A stretch of 64,000 nt of DNA from Candidatus Paceibacter sp. (lineage in GTDB: Bacteria; Patescibacteriota; Patescibacteriia; S139-126), in assembly GCA_020724865.1 (NCBI GenBank), contig DYGA01000004.1:6351-70350 (forward strand). Reading direction: 5' to 3'. The notes under the pieces were generated by a model, which worked only from the letters and a program-made list of their open reading frames with translations, ran no database searches and had not been told where the DNA came from. Positions 49,482 to 58,680 of the stretch are shown in pieces (within the stretch, counting starts at the first letter, position 1; each line of letters starts with the position of its first letter). The translations under genes were made by a program, and so were the position numbers.

Positions 49482-50504
49482 TTAATAAAACTTTTTAATT
49501 TTTTCTTTAAAAAATTCAAAATTTTCATATTTGATATGTAAACGACTATCTCGGTGCCAATCGTTTTTTTCCTCGTAAGGTAAAAGCTCATAAAGCTTAA
49601 AATGCTTTTTAAAATTACGAGGGGTAAATAGACTGACCTGATCCCCATATTTGCCAACTAAACGAATGGCTATAACACATTCGTTATTACCTTGTTTAAA
49701 CATTTCAGCCTTTAACAAACCGAGATTGGGCTTAATTTCATTTTTATATTCCCTAATAATATCGATGTAAATCAAACCAGGAAATTTTTCTATCTTGGAA
49801 AATAAGCTTATTGTTAATTCTTTATTCTTAATATACTCTATCTCCAGAATATTTAAATAATCAGCTATGACGCTGTCATTTTGTTCATTTTCAATCCAAA
49901 GTTTTAACTTATCATAAAGAACTTGACGATTTTCCTGCCTTCTGGGCGGATTGATAAAATAACTTGGACCTAAATAAATCCCCCGCAAATAAATCTGAGC
50001 CAATTTTGAATAGTTATAACCATTAGCTTGTCCTTCAAATTTATTGGCGTCATTATCTAACTCATCATATAACTTTTTACTATAACAGCCTTTAGCATAA
50101 GCCAAATAACCATCCAAATCATCATGGAAAAATACTAATTCTATATTTTCCTTTAACCATTCACCAATTGCTACCATACTAGTAGCGGAAGGAGCGTATT
50201 TGCCGGGTAAAATATGAGTATTTTTTCCAAGTAAAGTATAAATAATTTGGTAATTCTCAAGATTTTTTTCTTGATTTTCATGATGGTCAACATAAACCAC
50301 ATCAATACCAAATAAAATCAACATTTTAATAAAATCAACAATTTCATTACTTGGACCTAAATCTACCAATGCAACCTTTTTTATATTATTAATCAAAATA
50401 AATTTAATCAGTTCAATTAATTCAATATATTTTAAAAAAGGCTGGATGGCAAACCCGACAATACCATTTAATTTAGTATGTACTAAAATGGGTTCCATAA
50501 CCAT
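49482..50504 (-). CDS. DHH-phosphoesterase-like protein with atypical motif order
   Basis: ALVDLG, YVDHH, PSATS, then FHDDLDG; SD GGAGGT before ATG at 50504. Confidence 0.55.
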   Translation of the reverse strand: MVMEPILVHTKLNGIVGFAIQPFLKYIELIELIKFILINNIKKVALVDLGPSNEIVDFIKMLILFGIDVVYVDHHENQEKNLENYQIIYTLLGKNTHILPGKYAPSATSMVAIGEWLKENIELVFFHDDLDGYLAYAKGCYSKKLYDELDNDANKFEGQANGYNYSKLAQIYLRGIYLGPSYFINPPRRQENRQVLYDKLKLWIENEQNDSVIADYLNILEIEYIKNKELTISLFSKIEKFPGLIYIDIIREYKNEIKPNLGLLKAEMFKQGNNECVIAIRLVGKYGDQVSLFTPRNFKKHFKLYELLPYEEKNDWHRDSRLHIKYENFEFFKEKIKKFY

Positions 50505-50633
50505 AACACCTCCGAGATAATTTATAAAATTTTTAATATACAAATACAAATTATTATCTATAAAGATTGTTTACTATAAATTATATTTAATTTTTTGTCA
50601 AGCAATAAAAAAGGCAGTTAATAAAACTGCCAA

Positions 50634-51047
50634 TTAAGGTATTAATAAATACCGCCCGATGCCTAAACTAATAGCTGTTGTTTTTTTATTGTCAATAACT
50701 AAAGTAAATAATAAATTATTTTGATAAGAAAAAATTAACATCTTTTGATTTTCATCTAACGAATATTCTTTGAAATTTACTTTATCAAACGATGGTAACT
50801 GCGATTTTTTGCTAATTAACCAGCTTAAAACTTTTTCTTTGGGGCAAAAATAGGCTTCAGAGTATGCCTCGCCGACTAAAAAAGAATCAGGTAAGAAGCT
50901 AGAAATATAAACAGTATCTGACTGTAAAATGCTTTGATATAATTTTTTATAAAAATTTTTTGTTTGATTAACATTTACCTCCTGAACTATTTGACTATAA
51001 AGATAATTATTAAAAAACAAAACAAAAAATAGCGCAACAACACGCAT
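50634..51047 (-). CDS. Hypothetical secreted protein
   Basis: Signal peptide ending LYSQ; SD AGGAGG; TTGACA-17-TAAAAT promoter; hairpin at 50613-50631. Confidence 0.6.
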   Translation of the reverse strand: MRVVALFFVLFFNNYLYSQIVQEVNVNQTKNFYKKLYQSILQSDTVYISSFLPDSFLVGEAYSEAYFCPKEKVLSWLISKKSQLPSFDKVNFKEYSLDENQKMLIFSYQNNLLFTLVIDNKKTTAISLGIGRYLLIP

Positions 51048-51121
51048 ATTTCCTCCTAATATAATTGTTAAATAACTAAAAGTGTATTTTATTATTAAAA
51101 GTATAAAATGTCAATTGAAAC

Positions 51122-52615
51122 TTAGTTCAATAATTTAATAAGCATTTCTTCTACTGCTTTAGGATCAGCTTTACCTTTTGATTTTTTCATAACTGCCCCA
51201 ATTAAAAATTTGAGTACAACCACTTTACCCTGTTTATATTGTTCTACCTGACTTTTATTTTCACTTATTACTTCCTTTACAATCTGATCAATGTCACTAC
51301 CTGTTGTTTGTTGTAAATCAAGTTCATCCATAATATTTGAAGGATCGCCGCCAGTATTAAACATTTTTTCTAAAATAACTTGTGCTGAAGTAGAGTTGAC
51401 TCTTCGGTTAAAAATTAGACGTAAAAATTCAGCCATATTTTCTGGAGTTATTTTTAAGTCCGTAACTGATTTTCCTGATTTATTCATCAATTGTAAAAGA
51501 TTATTTAATAACCAACTTGATACCAATTTAGCAATTTTGTTTTTATACTCTGCCTGAATTTCAGCCGCTGTTCCTTCAATCTCATCACCTGATTCTAACC
51601 AAGCTAAAAATTCTGAATATACTTTTTCAGCATAACTATCAAAACCAGGAATATTAAGTAAAATATTTACCTCTGACAATTTAAAACCATACTCATTAAT
51701 TAATCTCTGACGTTTTTGATTGGGTAGTTCCGGAATTTGTTTTTTAATAAAATTAATTTCTTCCAAGGTGATTGCAATCGGTGGTAAATCAGGTTCAGGA
51801 AAATAACGATAATCGCTGGCTTCTTCTTTTGTCCGTTGCTCTACAGTAATGCCTTGTTGTTCATTCCACCCTCGTGTTTCTTGATTATCAGGCACCTGAT
51901 TTGTTTCCCATAATTTTGTTTGTCTTTTAATTTCATATGCCAAGGCATATTCAACCGCGCGAAAAGAATTTAAATTTTTTATTTCTGTTTTGGGATACAA
52001 TTTTTTATCGCCTAAAGGACGTAATGAAATATTAGCATCACAACGAAGTTGACCTTTTTCCATATCAGCGTCTGATATATTCAATAGACGCATTATCATT
52101 CTTAACTCTTGTAAAAAAATTTTTGCTTCTTGAGGTGATTTAAAATCTGGCTTAGTTACAATTTCAACCAAAGGTGTCCCCGCTCGATTAAAATCAATTA
52201 GAGTACAATCATCGTGATGAAAATTTTTCGCCGCATCTTCTTCCAAATGCAACCTTTCGATGCCAAAAATTTTTTCGCCATCAGGCAATAATATTTCTAA
52301 ATAACCGTTTTCAGCTAGCGGTTTATCATATTGTGAAATTTGGTAACCCTTTGGTAAATCGGGATAAAAATAACTTTTACGGTCAAATTTTGAGTACTCA
52401 TTAATCTTTAGATTTAAAGCCAAGGCCGCTTTAACTCCTAAAACAATTGCCTGCTTATTTGCCACCGGCAAAACTCCGGGATGACCAGTACAAATCGGAC
52501 AAATATTTTTATTTGGCTCAGTTAAATCAAAATCATTAGCACAAGCACAAAACATTTTTGATTTTGTTTTTAACTGGACGTGGATTTCTAAACCAATAAC
52601 TGGTTCCAATTTCAT
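51122..52615 (-). CDS. gatB: Asp/Glu-tRNA amidotransferase subunit B
   Basis: IGLEIHVQL, YFYPDLPKGYQISQ, DFNRAGTPL, DYRYFPEPDL. Confidence 0.97.
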   Translation of the reverse strand: MKLEPVIGLEIHVQLKTKSKMFCACANDFDLTEPNKNICPICTGHPGVLPVANKQAIVLGVKAALALNLKINEYSKFDRKSYFYPDLPKGYQISQYDKPLAENGYLEILLPDGEKIFGIERLHLEEDAAKNFHHDDCTLIDFNRAGTPLVEIVTKPDFKSPQEAKIFLQELRMIMRLLNISDADMEKGQLRCDANISLRPLGDKKLYPKTEIKNLNSFRAVEYALAYEIKRQTKLWETNQVPDNQETRGWNEQQGITVEQRTKEEASDYRYFPEPDLPPIAITLEEINFIKKQIPELPNQKRQRLINEYGFKLSEVNILLNIPGFDSYAEKVYSEFLAWLESGDEIEGTAAEIQAEYKNKIAKLVSSWLLNNLLQLMNKSGKSVTDLKITPENMAEFLRLIFNRRVNSTSAQVILEKMFNTGGDPSNIMDELDLQQTTGSDIDQIVKEVISENKSQVEQYKQGKVVVLKFLIGAVMKKSKGKADPKAVEEMLIKLLN

Positions 52616-52695
52616 AATTGTTACTATATTATTCTTTATTTAATTATATTATCATAAGCATACCAATAAAAAAAGGGTTCAAATGAACCCTTATA

Positions 52696-52986
52696 TTATA
52701 ATTGATTTATCAATTGCCAACGATGGGAAAAAAAATTTTTTAGCCAATTTTTGGCTTCATTCCAACCATGTTTTTTATGACGATAAATAAATATGCTTTT
52801 GAGTTTTACTCGATATTTTTCTTCCTTATCAAGGAAATTTTGCAACTTAATTGGAAATCTTTGCCCGAGTGGCACCACTAAGGTGCGTAGTTTAAGAACC
52901 AAAACTAACGAATCAATTTCGTGATCTAGATTAAATTCTTGTTCCATCTCAGCTGCATCAAAATAATTATTAATATTAAAGAACAT
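52696..52986 (-). CDS. Hypothetical protein
   Basis: 96-aa ORF; SD AAGGAGG; hairpin at 52673-52692. Confidence 0.55.
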   Translation of the reverse strand: MFFNINNYFDAAEMEQEFNLDHEIDSLVLVLKLRTLVVPLGQRFPIKLQNFLDKEEKYRVKLKSIFIYRHKKHGWNEAKNWLKNFFSHRWQLINQL

Positions 52987-53004
52987 AACTCCTCCTTTTT
53001 TTTG

Positions 53005-53682
53005 TTAAATAATTTTATTAAAAATATTATAAAGTTTATCGTTAACCTCAGCCTTTGTCAATAATTTACCAGCTTCATAGCATTCCACTATATAAAAATT
53101 AGGAAATTCACGAGCAATTTCCAAAAAAACTCTTTCCGCCATTTGTAAATGCTGTAAATCACTTTCGTGTAAATCTCTTTTAACGCCCCCGACATAATCC
53201 CGGTGGCCTTTTTTATCTACCAAATTTTGAGCAACAGTTGCCGGTACATGTAAAATAATAGTGGCCTCTGGTTTAGGAATTCCTAAAATATTAAATTCAA
53301 AATTATAAAGCCAGTTGAAAAAAATTTTTCTTTCATCCTTATTTTTTATTTTAGCTCCTTGATGCCCCATATTTGCTGAGACATAACGATTGGCAATTAC
53401 TAAACTACCATCGGCTAACATTTCTTGAATATCTTTTTTGGCTGCAAATCTATCTAAGGCATAAAAAACTGAAGCTTGATAAGGTCCAATATCACTTAAA
53501 CTCCCAAATTTTCCATTTAAATAACTTTCAACAAACCAAGCAGAGGGTTGAGAATAGCGAGGAAAGTCAATCTTTGCGACTCGCCTACCTTCAGCTTGAA
53601 ATCGTTCAATCAGTAAATCTACCTGCGTTGATTTACCTGAACCATCACCACCGTCAATAACTATTAATTTTCCCGTACTCAT
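53005..53682 (-). CDS. tmk: Thymidylate kinase
   Basis: IVIDGGDGSGKSTQ, FPRY, YALDR, NRYVSAN. Confidence 0.9.
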   Translation of the reverse strand: MSTGKLIVIDGGDGSGKSTQVDLLIERFQAEGRRVAKIDFPRYSQPSAWFVESYLNGKFGSLSDIGPYQASVFYALDRFAAKKDIQEMLADGSLVIANRYVSANMGHQGAKIKNKDERKIFFNWLYNFEFNILGIPKPEATIILHVPATVAQNLVDKKGHRDYVGGVKRDLHESDLQHLQMAERVFLEIAREFPNFYIVECYEAGKLLTKAEVNDKLYNIFNKII

Positions 53683-54161
53683 AATTTGTTTATCCTTTCA
53701 TATTCGACAAAGGCAAAACCTTCATATTGTTTGCGACTAATTTCTCGCCATTCCGTCTTAGAAATATTGGGAAAATAAGTGTCTCCGACTGGACGCAAAT
53801 CAACTTCGGTTATATACATTTTATCAGCTAAGGGAAAAACCTGTTTATAAATACTGGCACCGCCAATTACCCACACCTCCTGATTTTTTAAAGCCAACAA
53901 AGCATCCTGAAGAGAATAATATACTATAACTCCAGGTGGAACATTAAAATTTTTATCCGAAGTAACCACAATATTTTTACGGTTTGGCAATGGCTTACCT
54001 AACCGTTTGATTATCGAGGTAAAAGTATTACTGCCCATTAAAACGGTTTTACCATTGGTTAAATTTTGAAAATGTTTTAAATCTTCCGGAATGTGCCAAG
54101 GTAAATCATTACCTCGGCCAATTACATTATTTTTAGCCACAGCCGCAATAATTATAATCAT
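53679..54161 (-). CDS. folA: Dihydrofolate reductase
   Basis: VIG..NDLPWHIPEDL, PLPNRKNIV, IGGA, GDTYFP. Confidence 0.95.
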   Translation of the reverse strand: MIIIIAAVAKNNVIGRGNDLPWHIPEDLKHFQNLTNGKTVLMGSNTFTSIIKRLGKPLPNRKNIVVTSDKNFNVPPGVIVYYSLQDALLALKNQEVWVIGGASIYKQVFPLADKMYITEVDLRPVGDTYFPNISKTEWREISRKQYEGFAFVEYERINKL

Positions 54162-55030
54162 ACAGCAATATCAAACTTAATTGTAGGATAACTTTCATAA
54201 CCAACAATTTCACTATCCGTATATTGCCAATCAAAAATAGAAGTAAATTTTTCAGTTTTAATTTGAGGCAATTTATACCTGTTTGGATCTCTGGTTAACT
54301 GCTCCTGTAAACCAGCAATATGATTCTTATAAATATGTGTATCAGCTAAAAATCCAGTCAAAATTCCTTCTGCCAAACCTGTTTCTTTGGCCAATAAATG
54401 CAATAAAGTAGCGTAACTGGCGATATTAAACGGCAGTCCTAGTGCTACATCTACACTACGTTGATTCCAAAATAAATTAAGACGATTATTAATGACTGTT
54501 ACTTGCCAAGCATAATGACAATAAGGCGGAATAACTTTATCAATATCCATTGGGTTCCAAGCAACCACCACCATTTGTCGGCTATCTGGCTTAGTTTTTA
54601 AAGTTTCCACTACTCGTTTTAACTGATCTACTCCTTGACCAGTATAATCGTTTTGATAACCTTGATAAATTGCCCCAAAATGACGCCATTCCCAACCATA
54701 AATTGTTCCCAAATCTCTCTCGGCTAACATTTTTTGCTTGGTTTCTTCATCGTGGGCATAAGGCACCTTGATTGGAGTGCACCATTCATCCCAAATATGA
54801 TTATTTCTATTCTGCAACCACTTTTTGTCAGTTATTCCTTTAATAAAAAATTCCAACTCTGAGGCTACTAAACGAAAAGGTATTTTTTTAGTGGTTAATA
54901 AAGGAAAACCTTTACTCATATCATGCTGAAACATAGCACCAGCAATCGCCAAAGTTCCCGTACCGGTTCGGTCGGTTTTCTCTTGACCATTGGTTAAAAC
55001 ATTTTTTACGATATCAAGATAAGCTTGCAT
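54158..55030 (-). CDS. thyA: Thymidylate synthase ThyA
   Basis: DRTGTGT, FPLLTTK, PYCH catalytic Cys, QRSVD..LGLPFNIASY, HIY. Confidence 0.95.
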   Translation of the reverse strand: MQAYLDIVKNVLTNGQEKTDRTGTGTLAIAGAMFQHDMSKGFPLLTTKKIPFRLVASELEFFIKGITDKKWLQNRNNHIWDEWCTPIKVPYAHDEETKQKMLAERDLGTIYGWEWRHFGAIYQGYQNDYTGQGVDQLKRVVETLKTKPDSRQMVVVAWNPMDIDKVIPPYCHYAWQVTVINNRLNLFWNQRSVDVALGLPFNIASYATLLHLLAKETGLAEGILTGFLADTHIYKNHIAGLQEQLTRDPNRYKLPQIKTEKFTSIFDWQYTDSEIVGYESYPTIKFDIAV

Positions 55031-55060
55031 AAAAATAAAAAAAATAAAAAAACAATTAAA

Positions 55061-55486
55061 TCAGCCAGTACTGCCAAAACCACCTCGACTAAATGATTTT
55101 ATATCTTCAACCACTTCTTCCCACTCAGCCCGATCAATTTTAATAAATATACCCTGACCAATACGTTCGCCTTTCTTAACTAAGACTTCTTGTTTTGTAA
55201 AATTATAAACCTGAAAAAGTATTTCGTCTTCTGGACCATGAAAATCCTGATCAATTACACCAGCGGTAACTATTAATCCTTTCTTTTTGGCCGTTGAAGA
55301 ACGATCTTTTAAATAAAGCATATATCCTTCTGGCACAGCAATAATTAAATTAGTTGGAATACGAGCAATTTCCTTAGGAGGAATAATTAAATCGTGGCGA
55401 GCATATAAATCAAAAGCTACCGCGCCGGAAGTGTGATATTGCGGTAGAGGTAATGACTTGTCAACTAATTTAATTTTTACCTTCAT
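55061..55486 (-). CDS. dut: dUTP diphosphatase
   Basis: AFDL, RSS, GVIDQDFHG, GERIGQ, RGGFGSTG. Confidence 0.93.
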   Translation of the reverse strand: MKVKIKLVDKSLPLPQYHTSGAVAFDLYARHDLIIPPKEIARIPTNLIIAVPEGYMLYLKDRSSTAKKKGLIVTAGVIDQDFHGPEDEILFQVYNFTKQEVLVKKGERIGQGIFIKIDRAEWEEVVEDIKSFSRGGFGSTG

Positions 55487-55490
55487 TAAA

Positions 55491-55904
55491 TTAATTAAAT
55501 AATTTTTTTTCCACACCTTCCAACAATAAAATCAGTAAAGTTAAAATTGAACCAATAATAGCCAAAAAATACATACCATAACCAACCGCCATCCCGACTG
55601 CCGCTACGGTCCAAATGGAAGCAGCTGTTGATAACCCTCTGACACTATCTGAATTATGAATTATTGTTCCTGCTCCTAAAAACCCTATGCCAGTTACAAT
55701 TCCAGCAGTAATGCGGGTAGTATCAATACTATTTAAACCAAGTTCATAAGCAATGATAGTAAAAACTGTGGAACCCAAAGCCACCAACATATGCGTCCGC
55801 AAACCAGCTGGAGTTTTAATTTTTTCTCGTTGCCAACCAACTATACCTGCTAAAAAAATAGCCAATATTAATTTAAAGATGATATTTAAATTAATATAAT
55901 CCAT
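55491..55904 (-). CDS. MgtC/SapB family membrane protein
   Basis: AGLRTHMLV, RITAGIVTGIGFLGAG, GLSTAASIW. Confidence 0.92.
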   Translation of the reverse strand: MDYINLNIIFKLILAIFLAGIVGWQREKIKTPAGLRTHMLVALGSTVFTIIAYELGLNSIDTTRITAGIVTGIGFLGAGTIIHNSDSVRGLSTAASIWTVAAVGMAVGYGMYFLAIIGSILTLLILLLEGVEKKLFN

Positions 55905-55906
55905 AT

Positions 55907-56503
55907 TTAACTTATTAATTTTAAAAATTCATCGATCTGTTTGTACATTTTGTTAAAATCTGCATTATTGATGATAGTATAATCTGCCATGACAATCGGA
56001 CCACCTTTTTCAATATTTTCTATTTCAGCATAATCTCTAGCTTGGGCTTGTTCTGGGGTTAACATTCTAAATCTTACCGCATCATCATTAAGTTTATTAT
56101 GTACCCGTTGAGATAAACGTTCATATCTTAATTTAGGTGGAGCATAGACCGCTAAAACATATAATTTGTCTTTATAATTCTCTTTCAAAACTTTGTATTC
56201 CGACCAGGAATATAAACCATCAACTACAACAGATTTTCCTTCGTTTAACATCTCATTGATTTTGCTTAAATTTAACTTAGCATAAGCACCCATACCATGT
56301 TCTCGTCTCAAACCTTCCCTTATTTTTTTTTCGTTGGCCTCATTAATTTCTAAACCTTGAGCTTTCAATAAATCCAATGTAACCTGACCAAAACGCAAAT
56401 AAGCATACCCACGTTCAACTAAATAATCAGCCACTTGGCTTTTGCCAGCGCCGCACATGCCTACGATTGCCACAATTTTATTAGTATTTGTTTTCATTAT
56501 CAT
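55907..56503 (-). CDS. P-loop nucleotide kinase (dephospho-CoA kinase/UPF0200-like)
   Basis: GMCGAGKS, LRREHG, VVDG, RYERL, ADYTIIN. Confidence 0.75.
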   Translation of the reverse strand: MIMKTNTNKIVAIVGMCGAGKSQVADYLVERGYAYLRFGQVTLDLLKAQGLEINEANEKKIREGLRREHGMGAYAKLNLSKINEMLNEGKSVVVDGLYSWSEYKVLKENYKDKLYVLAVYAPPKLRYERLSQRVHNKLNDDAVRFRMLTPEQAQARDYAEIENIEKGGPIVMADYTIINNADFNKMYKQIDEFLKLIS

Positions 56504-56849
56504 CTTCCTTTTTATAAATTATTTCGATTTTCTCTTTTGTTGGCAAATAAGTCCAAGCTAAATACAAACCAACAACAAACCCAAAAATTAAAATGGAAAC
56601 AAAATATGAAAAAAATGATCTTTCCCAATGTGACATTCCTTGAGTTAAACAAATTTTAGAATAATCACATATTAAACCGACAACTAAATCGCCTAAACTA
56701 AACAAAGTAACTATTACCTCAGTGATATAAGGCAAAACCAAACCTCTACTATCTAAATAATTTTGTAATAATAACAAGGGTAAAAAAACTAAACCACTCC
56801 AGATAACCCCTTTGGCATAAAATTGCCAAAATTTTGGTGAAAATAACAT
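56481..56849 (-). CDS. Hypothetical membrane protein (about 3 TM)
   Basis: Hydrophobic ORF overlapping both neighbours. Confidence 0.6.
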   Translation of the reverse strand: MLFSPKFWQFYAKGVIWSGLVFLPLLLLQNYLDSRGLVLPYITEVIVTLFSLGDLVVGLICDYSKICLTQGMSHWERSFFSYFVSILIFGFVVGLYLAWTYLPTKEKIEIIYKKEDDNENKY

Positions 56850-57355
56850 TATTTTATATTATCAGGATAAAATTCTTTAAAATTATCCAAAATTTCATGT
56901 AAATTTTTCATGACCAACTGTTGAGATTCGATTCCTTTTAAGGTAAAAATTTTTTTGGCTGCCACAAAAGTATCAAGCTCCGGATATTTATCAAGTAAAT
57001 AATAGACTTTTTTTATGCCTTTTTGAGCAATTAATTTAGCACATTCATTACAACTACTTAAAGTAATATAGATGCGGCAATCTGATAAATCTGATTTAAT
57101 AGCATTTAAAATTGCATTAGCTTCAGCATGAACGACATAAGGGTATTTAGTATTCATAAATTCACCCTCTCTGGACCAAGAAAGTTTAGTTTCATCAATG
57201 CCGGCTACAAAACCATTATAACCAGTTCCGACTATATGATTATGATTATCCACAATCACTGCTCCCACTTTGGAAGATGGATCTTTACTGCGAAATGAAG
57301 TGAATATTGCCAATCCCATAAAATATTCATCCCAGGAAAGATTATCTTTTTTCAT
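56849..57355 (-). CDS. dCMP deaminase
   Basis: SWDEYFM, RSKDP, GYNG, HAEANAI, SCNEC zinc motif. Confidence 0.92.
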   Translation of the reverse strand: MKKDNLSWDEYFMGLAIFTSFRSKDPSSKVGAVIVDNHNHIVGTGYNGFVAGIDETKLSWSREGEFMNTKYPYVVHAEANAILNAIKSDLSDCRIYITLSSCNECAKLIAQKGIKKVYYLLDKYPELDTFVAAKKIFTLKGIESQQLVMKNLHEILDNFKEFYPDNIK

Positions 57356-57444
57356 AATTTTTTATACACAATATTTTCTTAATTTTACATATTTATTTGT
57401 TTTTGAGCAAATAAAAACTAGCCCTTGAATTGGGCTAGATGATT

Positions 57445-57864
57445 TTATTTTAATTTGTTTATTAGTATATCAATGGCTTCAGTATAGTCAATATCCGCCG
57501 GGAAAAACAACTCAAACAACTCAATCGATGATTGCAAAAAAAACTTTTTATCAATTTTTTCAGATGAGTTAATATCAAGAGATATTATTTGTTTATTTAC
57601 ATCCGACGAAATATATTTATTTTTTGGTGATTCTGTATTTTTTAAAATACCTCTTTTTTTTATACTTTGCTCACTTTGAATCAACCATTTATTATCGCCT
57701 ACCGGCAAGATAATCAATTTAGGTGAAGTCACCCGGCCATACTTAATTAAATCATGAACTTTGGGTTTGACACAAAACGTTTCCGGATCAATCCAAACCC
57801 GATGAAAAAACTTACCTTCAAAAACATTATCCTGATTGAGGATAAAAATGACTTTTAATTGCAT
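57445..57864 (-). CDS. Hypothetical protein
   Basis: 139-aa ORF; SD AAGGAG; hairpin at 57418-57438. Confidence 0.55.
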   Translation of the reverse strand: MQLKVIFILNQDNVFEGKFFHRVWIDPETFCVKPKVHDLIKYGRVTSPKLIILPVGDNKWLIQSEQSIKKRGILKNTESPKNKYISSDVNKQIISLDINSSEKIDKKFFLQSSIELFELFFPADIDYTEAIDILINKLK

Positions 57865-57908
57865 TACCTGCTCCTTTTTTAAATGTACAAATAATTAATT
57901 GCAAATGG

Positions 57909-57933
57909 AATCCCGCTAAAATTAGGCGGGATT
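57909..57933 (-). terminator. Hairpin after rplA
   Basis: AATCCCGC/GCGGGATT. Confidence 0.6.
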
Positions 57934-57948
57934 AATATCTGCCATCAA

Positions 57949-58629
57949 TTATACTTTAACTTTTATACCTGGACCCATGCTGGTTGCTAAGGTAACTGAT
58001 TTGATGTAAGTGCCTTTAATATCTTCCGGTTTAGCTCTTTTTATTTCTTCCATAACTGCCATAAAATTTTCCTTCAATTTATCTACGCCCATACTAACCT
58101 TGCCTAAAGATAAATGGATATTGCCATTTTTATCATTTTTAAATGAAATTTTACCTTTATTCAATTCGTTAATTGTTTTTACAACATCGGTTGTAACAGT
58201 TTCAGATTTTGGATTGGGCATTAAGCCTTTGGGACCTAAAACTTTGGCAATTTTTGCTAACTCTTTCATCATATCAGGAGTGGCAATAGCTAAATCAAAA
58301 TTTACCTTGCCGCTCTTTTTAATTTCTTCTATCAACTCCACACCACCAACAATTGTTGCTCCTAATTTTTTAGCATCAGCTGCAGCTTTACCTTCAGCAA
58401 ATACCGCAATATTTTTTTTCTTACCACTACCATGGGGCGGAACTACAGTTCCTCTAATCTGTTGTTCTCCTTTTTTTGGATCAATATTCAAATTCAAATG
58501 CAATTCAACCGCTGAATCAAATTTGGTAATAGCTGTTTTTATTACCAAATCAAAAGCTTCATCAATTGAATAACTTTTACCTTTTTCAATCAGCTGCGCA
58601 GCAGCTAAATACTTTTTTCCTGATTTCAT
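57949..58629 (-). CDS. rplA: 50S ribosomal protein L1
   Basis: KFDSAVE, IRGTVVPPHG, LGPKGLMPNPK, TSMGPG. Confidence 0.97.
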   Translation of the reverse strand: MKSGKKYLAAAQLIEKGKSYSIDEAFDLVIKTAITKFDSAVELHLNLNIDPKKGEQQIRGTVVPPHGSGKKKNIAVFAEGKAAADAKKLGATIVGGVELIEEIKKSGKVNFDLAIATPDMMKELAKIAKVLGPKGLMPNPKSETVTTDVVKTINELNKGKISFKNDKNGNIHLSLGKVSMGVDKLKENFMAVMEEIKRAKPEDIKGTYIKSVTLATSMGPGIKVKV

Positions 58630-58639
58630 AAATTTATAA

Positions 58640-58671
58640 GGTGGTTATAACGGCTAATATTGCCTCCCACC
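58640..58671 (-). promoter_or_regulatory. L1-binding autoregulatory leader between rplK and rplA
   Basis: GGTGGGAGGC..GCCGTTATAACCACC matches the L1-site hairpin pattern. Confidence 0.75.
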
Positions 58672-58680
58672 AATTAATAA

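Noticed and set aside
52673-52692. GGTTCAAAT as a tRNA T-arm
   Set aside because: Part of a terminator hairpin; no cloverleaf around it
57247-57255. TTATCCACA DnaA box / replication origin
   Set aside because: Lies inside the dCMP deaminase coding sequence; no box cluster or dnaA/dnaN nearby
4751-57864. Unknown SD-led genes as integron cassettes or prophage remnants
   Set aside because: No integrase, attC-like repeats, shared terminal repeats or phage structural cluster seen; flanking hairpins differ in sequence
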